From: Camelus ferus
Taxonomy: Eukaryota
NCBI RefSeq assembly: GCF_009834535.1
Contig: NC_045711.1
Coordinates: forward strand, 1,240,001-1,304,000
Reading direction: 5' to 3'
Length of the DNA stretch: 64,000 nucleotides
A program made the translations under genes and the position numbers. The notes beneath the pieces are model-generated. The model worked only from the letters and a program-made list of their open reading frames with translations. It was not told where the DNA came from and searched no databases. Below, piece after piece: positions 59,546 to 64,000 of the stretch (positions are counted from its first letter, which is position 1; every line of letters begins with the position of its first letter).

Positions 59546-62500
59546 AGGATGAATTTCAAGTTTCATTTTAATTGAAGCCAAAATGACACATATATAAAAA
59601 GGTGTCCAAGCAGAGGACATGGTGGGATGGGCCCAGCTTCCATGCCAGACCAGCAGCGGGAGAAGGGCAATCATCTAATTGCTATGTGTCCCAGGTTTCT
59701 CATCTGTAAAGTGGGTACAACCGTCTCTGACCCCCTCCACTGCCCAGGGTTGTTGTGTGGCCAGGGAGAGTGGCTTGGTGAAAGCACTTTGTAAACTGTA
59801 GAGAATCACGTGAGATCTGTGCAGGGTCTGCACTTCGATGCCTGATGCAGGGGCCAGGCCTTGTGAGCTACTCTGGGCAGGGCTATGGTGGGCTTTTCTG
59901 GCGTTTGGCTGTTCGTTTCAGGCTGTGTCTGACCCAAGACTTGTTGGAGTCCTATAGCGTTCCCATGGGCAGCTTTTAGGACAGCTTCTACAGGCATTTT
60001 GGGCTGCAGTCTGTGTGCACACCCAGAAAGACCCTGGGGACTTAGCCAGGTTCCTGGAGGGAATTAAGCTCTATTGGATGTGATGAATTAACTTTTCTCC
60101 TGTGCCTTAGGATCATACTAGGAGTCATGAGAAAGTAAACCCCCGTCATTTTCTGGGTTCTGTGGCTCTGTGAGAAACCCCAGTTGAAAAACACTGGGAC
60201 CTGGCAAACCCAGAAGTGCCCCCACCACCAGCCCTGCCACAGATCTGGGGACACAGGGAGTGGGAGGCCCAAGAGAGGAAAGGACTGGGTCAAGGTCACA
60301 CAGAGTTGATGGCAAAGCCAGTACTCCAAGCCAGGAGGTCCCTAGATGCCAGGCCAGGACTGCATGGTGGGTGCCACGACCCTCCCTGTTCCTTCTGCAT
60401 TTTGAAAATGGAACATTTTCAGGGTGCCAGATTTTACATCTCTGGTTGTGAAAGTGCATCTGTTGAGCTCTTTTCCCCGACTACCCCATCTGCAAGAGTG
60501 GTGGGTTTGGGAGGCCTGAGCAGCGCCCTCCGTCCTTGAGAGCTGAGGTCACCTCTCTGGCTGGTTCTTGGCAGCATGTGGCTAAGTGCACTGCGGCCCT
60601 GGCATGGTTGGAGGAGGGGCAGCGGCTAAGTGGTTTCTGAAAAAGGGCAAAAATGATGGGAAAGGCTCTGGGATCCCCTGGGAATCACAGCCTCAGCAAT
60701 AGCAGCTGCTACCATTGCTGGAAGCGTCTTCCTTGAGTGCCCGAGCGCGCCCACAGCCCATCCCCGCCAGTGCAGAGTGCGGCCACGGCCTGGGGAGGGG
60801 CTGAGAACCCTGGCGGAGGCAGGGGAGACACCTCTTCTGTCACACCAGCCCAACTCTCCCTTCAAGTAGAACAGCCTTGGAGCTCACGGCACCCACTGGG
60901 TCTGGAGTGTGTCTACGTCTAGCTGGTGAGTCCCTTTCCTGGGTGGATGGCCAAGGCAGATGTTCACTTTTAGAAATGGCACAGTGAGCTGTCAAAAGCT
61001 GGGCCCTGCCTCTGTCCATCTGTGTGGCTACCGACTGTTCCACTAGCCTCTCAGCATCTCAGTTACCCCTGCGTCTGAAAACTGGGGGTAGTAACAGTGG
61101 CTTCCTCAGAGGCCGTGGTGAGGCTTCAGTGGTGCCGGAGCTGAAGTGTGCTTAGCCTGGCTAATCGTCAGCACTTGGTAAGTGATATGGAGGTGGCTGC
61201 TACCAATGTGAATTATCTGCGCTAGAGTCATCCTGGGCTGAAAAGGCTGTGGCTCCTGCAGAGGCTCATGGTTTGTGGTTGGAGGATCCAGCATGTGGTC
61301 CTCTCTGGAGTGAAGGAAGTGCAGGGCCGGCAGGCAGGAGCCCTGAGTCCTTATCCAGGCTTCACTCTCTTTTTTTGGTAGGGTTCCTCTGGCTCTTCCC
61401 GTGGGTTGGGAAGTCCCCATCTCTCCATCCTTCTTTAGGAGAGGCTTAGGTAAGATGAGAGGATGAGAATGATCAGGGCTGGGTCCTGGACCAGCTCTTC
61501 TGCAGGGAGGCTGGAGACAGTTGGATGCTTTGGGTGGTGAGGGGAGTGGGAGATCCACACCCCAGGGTGTCTCACCTGGACTGGGGAAGAGAAGAAGGGA
61601 GGCTTCTCCCAGGTGGTAGGCAGTGTCTTTCCTGGCTCTGGAGTTGAGAAAGACCCAGAGGCCAAACCAGGTCTTTGCCAGGCAGGGTTGTTTTCTTAGA
61701 CTCATACTTTGGTCCAGATTGGTGAGTTTTCAAATCTTGTGTAAAACAGAACCACCATCTCCATTAGACACCCCAAATCACAGTTGGAAACTCCTCCATC
61801 TCTGTAGAATGTTTGGCTCTGACAGATGTATTGCTGTGGGGCTTACGTGCTGGACACATCCCAGGCCTGGCAGTGCAGACTTTGGTCCCTGTTCACTCTC
61901 CCAGCTGAGAGCAAAGGGCCTCTCAGTCCCTGTCCCACCCTCTGCCCTGGGGGAAGCTTGGTTTCTAGTAGGAAATAAGGTGGAGGGCCTGCAGGGCAGA
62001 TTCGGGGTTTGTTGACTGACTGACTGATAGCACCGTGTGGACTGCTTCATGCTTACTAGGTTTCGTTAGATTTGGACCACTCAGAAAGATGCAAAGCTGC
62101 TATAAAAAAATCACTGAAAAGTTCATGGAGGCTCCCACTTATCTGGTGCTCTCTTGTCGGGCTAAAGCTGCTAGTCAGGGAGCAGGTTTATTCTTGGTTT
62201 TGCAGCCAGCCTTATCCAAGGGGAGACACTCCTGGGAGAGCCAGGCCCGGCTTGTGGCCTGGGCCTTATTCGTTATTTGTTTTGGGGTTTTGAGCTTCCT
62301 AGGAATGCTTGTTTTGAGCAGGAGGGTGCTTTTATTGCGGTTTCTGAGTGGAAGGGCGTAGTCCCCATCTGCCTGGCCCCAGGGCTGGGAGGGCCTGGTC
62401 TAATTGGCCCTCAGGACTTGGTGTGTGGTCTGGGGCTGAGCTTAGTGGCTGAGAAAGAGCCCTGAGCCTTGCGGAGGGGTGGTAGAGCGCTGGAGAGGCT

Positions 62501-64000
62501 CTGGGACCAGGACCAGGCTGCTTGGAATTGAATGCAGGTTCCATTTCTCACTAACCGTGTGACCTCGGGGAAGTAATGTAAGTTTCCTCATCTGTGAAAT
62601 ATTTACCTCTGAGATAGGTGAGAATAAAGCGAGTGAGAGCGTGTCAAGTGTTAGAACAGTGCTTTCCTTTGCACACCGAGTGCTCAAACACATCAATTAC
62701 TCTTATTCTCACTAACCTCCTGTGCCTTGTACATTCCATAGGCTCCCCATACCATGAACAGTCCTTGATGGGAAGTTATCTTCTGAAAGCAAAGGCTAGC
62801 ACCCATGCCCCTGCCTCTGAAGCTTCTCAAGGCTTCCTGCCATCCTAGCAATAACGTTCCTTGGCATTCCAGGCCAACAGCCATCTGGTTCTGACCCCAC
62901 CACCAATCCCTCCAAGCCCACTGGCTTTCCTCTTTATCATGACTCTGGGGCTCCCCATCCTCTCCCCTAGTCCCAGCCCAGTCCTGCTCCTCTTCTATGC
63001 CCAGCTCATCTGTCACGTCCTCCGTGAAGCCTTCTCCAGTGCTCCGGACCCTCCTGTGGTTCCCCCCACCCCAGCTAGCACCTGGTTTCTGTCTCAAAAG
63101 GGGGTCTCCATCCTCTCTGTGCCCTCAGCACAGGGCTGGGCACCAGCAGGATCAGTGGATGGGTGCTGAGTGATAAAGTGCATGCTTGTTGGTTGGAAGT
63201 GGGGCTTTCCGTGGCTGGGAACACACCCTGCGGCAGGGTTTCCACTTGATGGATGAATCAGAAAAACTCAGATTCTCTTGAAAGCAGAACAGCAGGCAGG
63301 AGGGGAAATGGGCCAGAAGTCAGCGTCTGTCCTGTTCACAGGGTGCAAAATGGTGAGGTTGCCTTTTTTCCCCTGTGGATCCAGGCATCAGACTGCAGCT
63401 GATTTATTGCTGAGGCCCAGCCACGTGCTCTGAGTTTTCACTGCCTGAACCTTCACTCCAAAGAGTAGGCTTGAGAAGCCTCCCATTCCTTCAGTGGCTG
63501 TTTTCTGGAATCCAGCCACTGCCGGAACATGAATCTAACGTCCTGTAGGAATGGGAGCTTGAAGGTTCTGTACCTGATCTCGTTCATTTCCCAGCACAGC
63601 TTTTTTCATAAAGAGATGGATCAGGCATGCTCCCGGCCCAGGAGGAGTTCACAGGCAGAGGGGAGCTAAAACCACGACAGATAGAAATTTCTAGACTGCA
63701 GGGTGAACAGTGTGAAGAGGGCCATGAGGATGGACGAAGCCAGCTGGGCCACCCTGGAGGGGGAAAGGAGCACGACTGGTGCAGGAATTGGGGGTGAAGA
63801 GGAAGTGGCGTCAGCATGGATGTGGCATCTGAGAGGTGGTAGGGTTTGGGCAAGAGGAGAAGAAGGAAAAAGCACTCCAAGTGGAGGCACCATGTAGGCC
63901 CAGGTCCCTGAGATGTGGGGCAGCCCTGGGTACCAGGGAGTGGGGATGCCCAGCTGGATAGAGGGGAAGAGTAGGAAAGGGGTTTGGAAGGGGGTGGAAA

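Larger units (their letters stand above)
55100..64000 (+). other. Non-coding interval downstream of SHPK; by synteny the TRPV1 upstream / 5' non-coding exon region
   Basis: Inferred only from conserved gene order SHPK-TRPV1 in mammals. No TRPV1 coding sequence recognised and no exon could be placed. Confidence 0.35.

Noticed and set aside
52739-64000. TRPV1 coding exons
   Set aside because: No ankyrin-repeat or TRPV N-terminal sequence found; the CDS is presumably beyond the window.

Overview
Mammalian genomic DNA, very probably a camelid (camel/llama/alpaca), judged from four copies of a tRNA-Ala-derived Vic-1-type SINE. It is the syntenic block orthologous to human 17p13.2, in reverse orientation: 3' end of P2RX5 (+), EMC6 (-), TAX1BP3 (+), CTNS (-), SHPK (+), then ~10 kb of repeat-rich non-coding DNA where the TRPV1 upstream region is expected (no TRPV1 coding sequence recognised). 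All coding exons were placed by hand at GT/AG boundaries with consistent phases, except CTNS exon 11, which falls in an N gap. There are two CpG-island head-to-head promoters (EMC6/TAX1BP3 and CTNS/SHPK), four assembly gaps and many LINE/SINE/LTR/DNA-transposon relics. I found no new protein-coding system. The most notable observations are: a one-base frameshift in TAX1BP3 exon 4; a collinear cystinosin-LKG exon with an in-frame stop; a ~600-bp direct duplication bracketing the CTNS/SHPK promoter and carrying a conserved cryptic splice acceptor; a 13-nt direct repeat at the two junctions of SHPK intron 3; uORFs in the EMC6 and CTNS leaders; and an L1 with twin-priming geometry. Comparisons with human/rodent sequences are from memory and need database confirmation.
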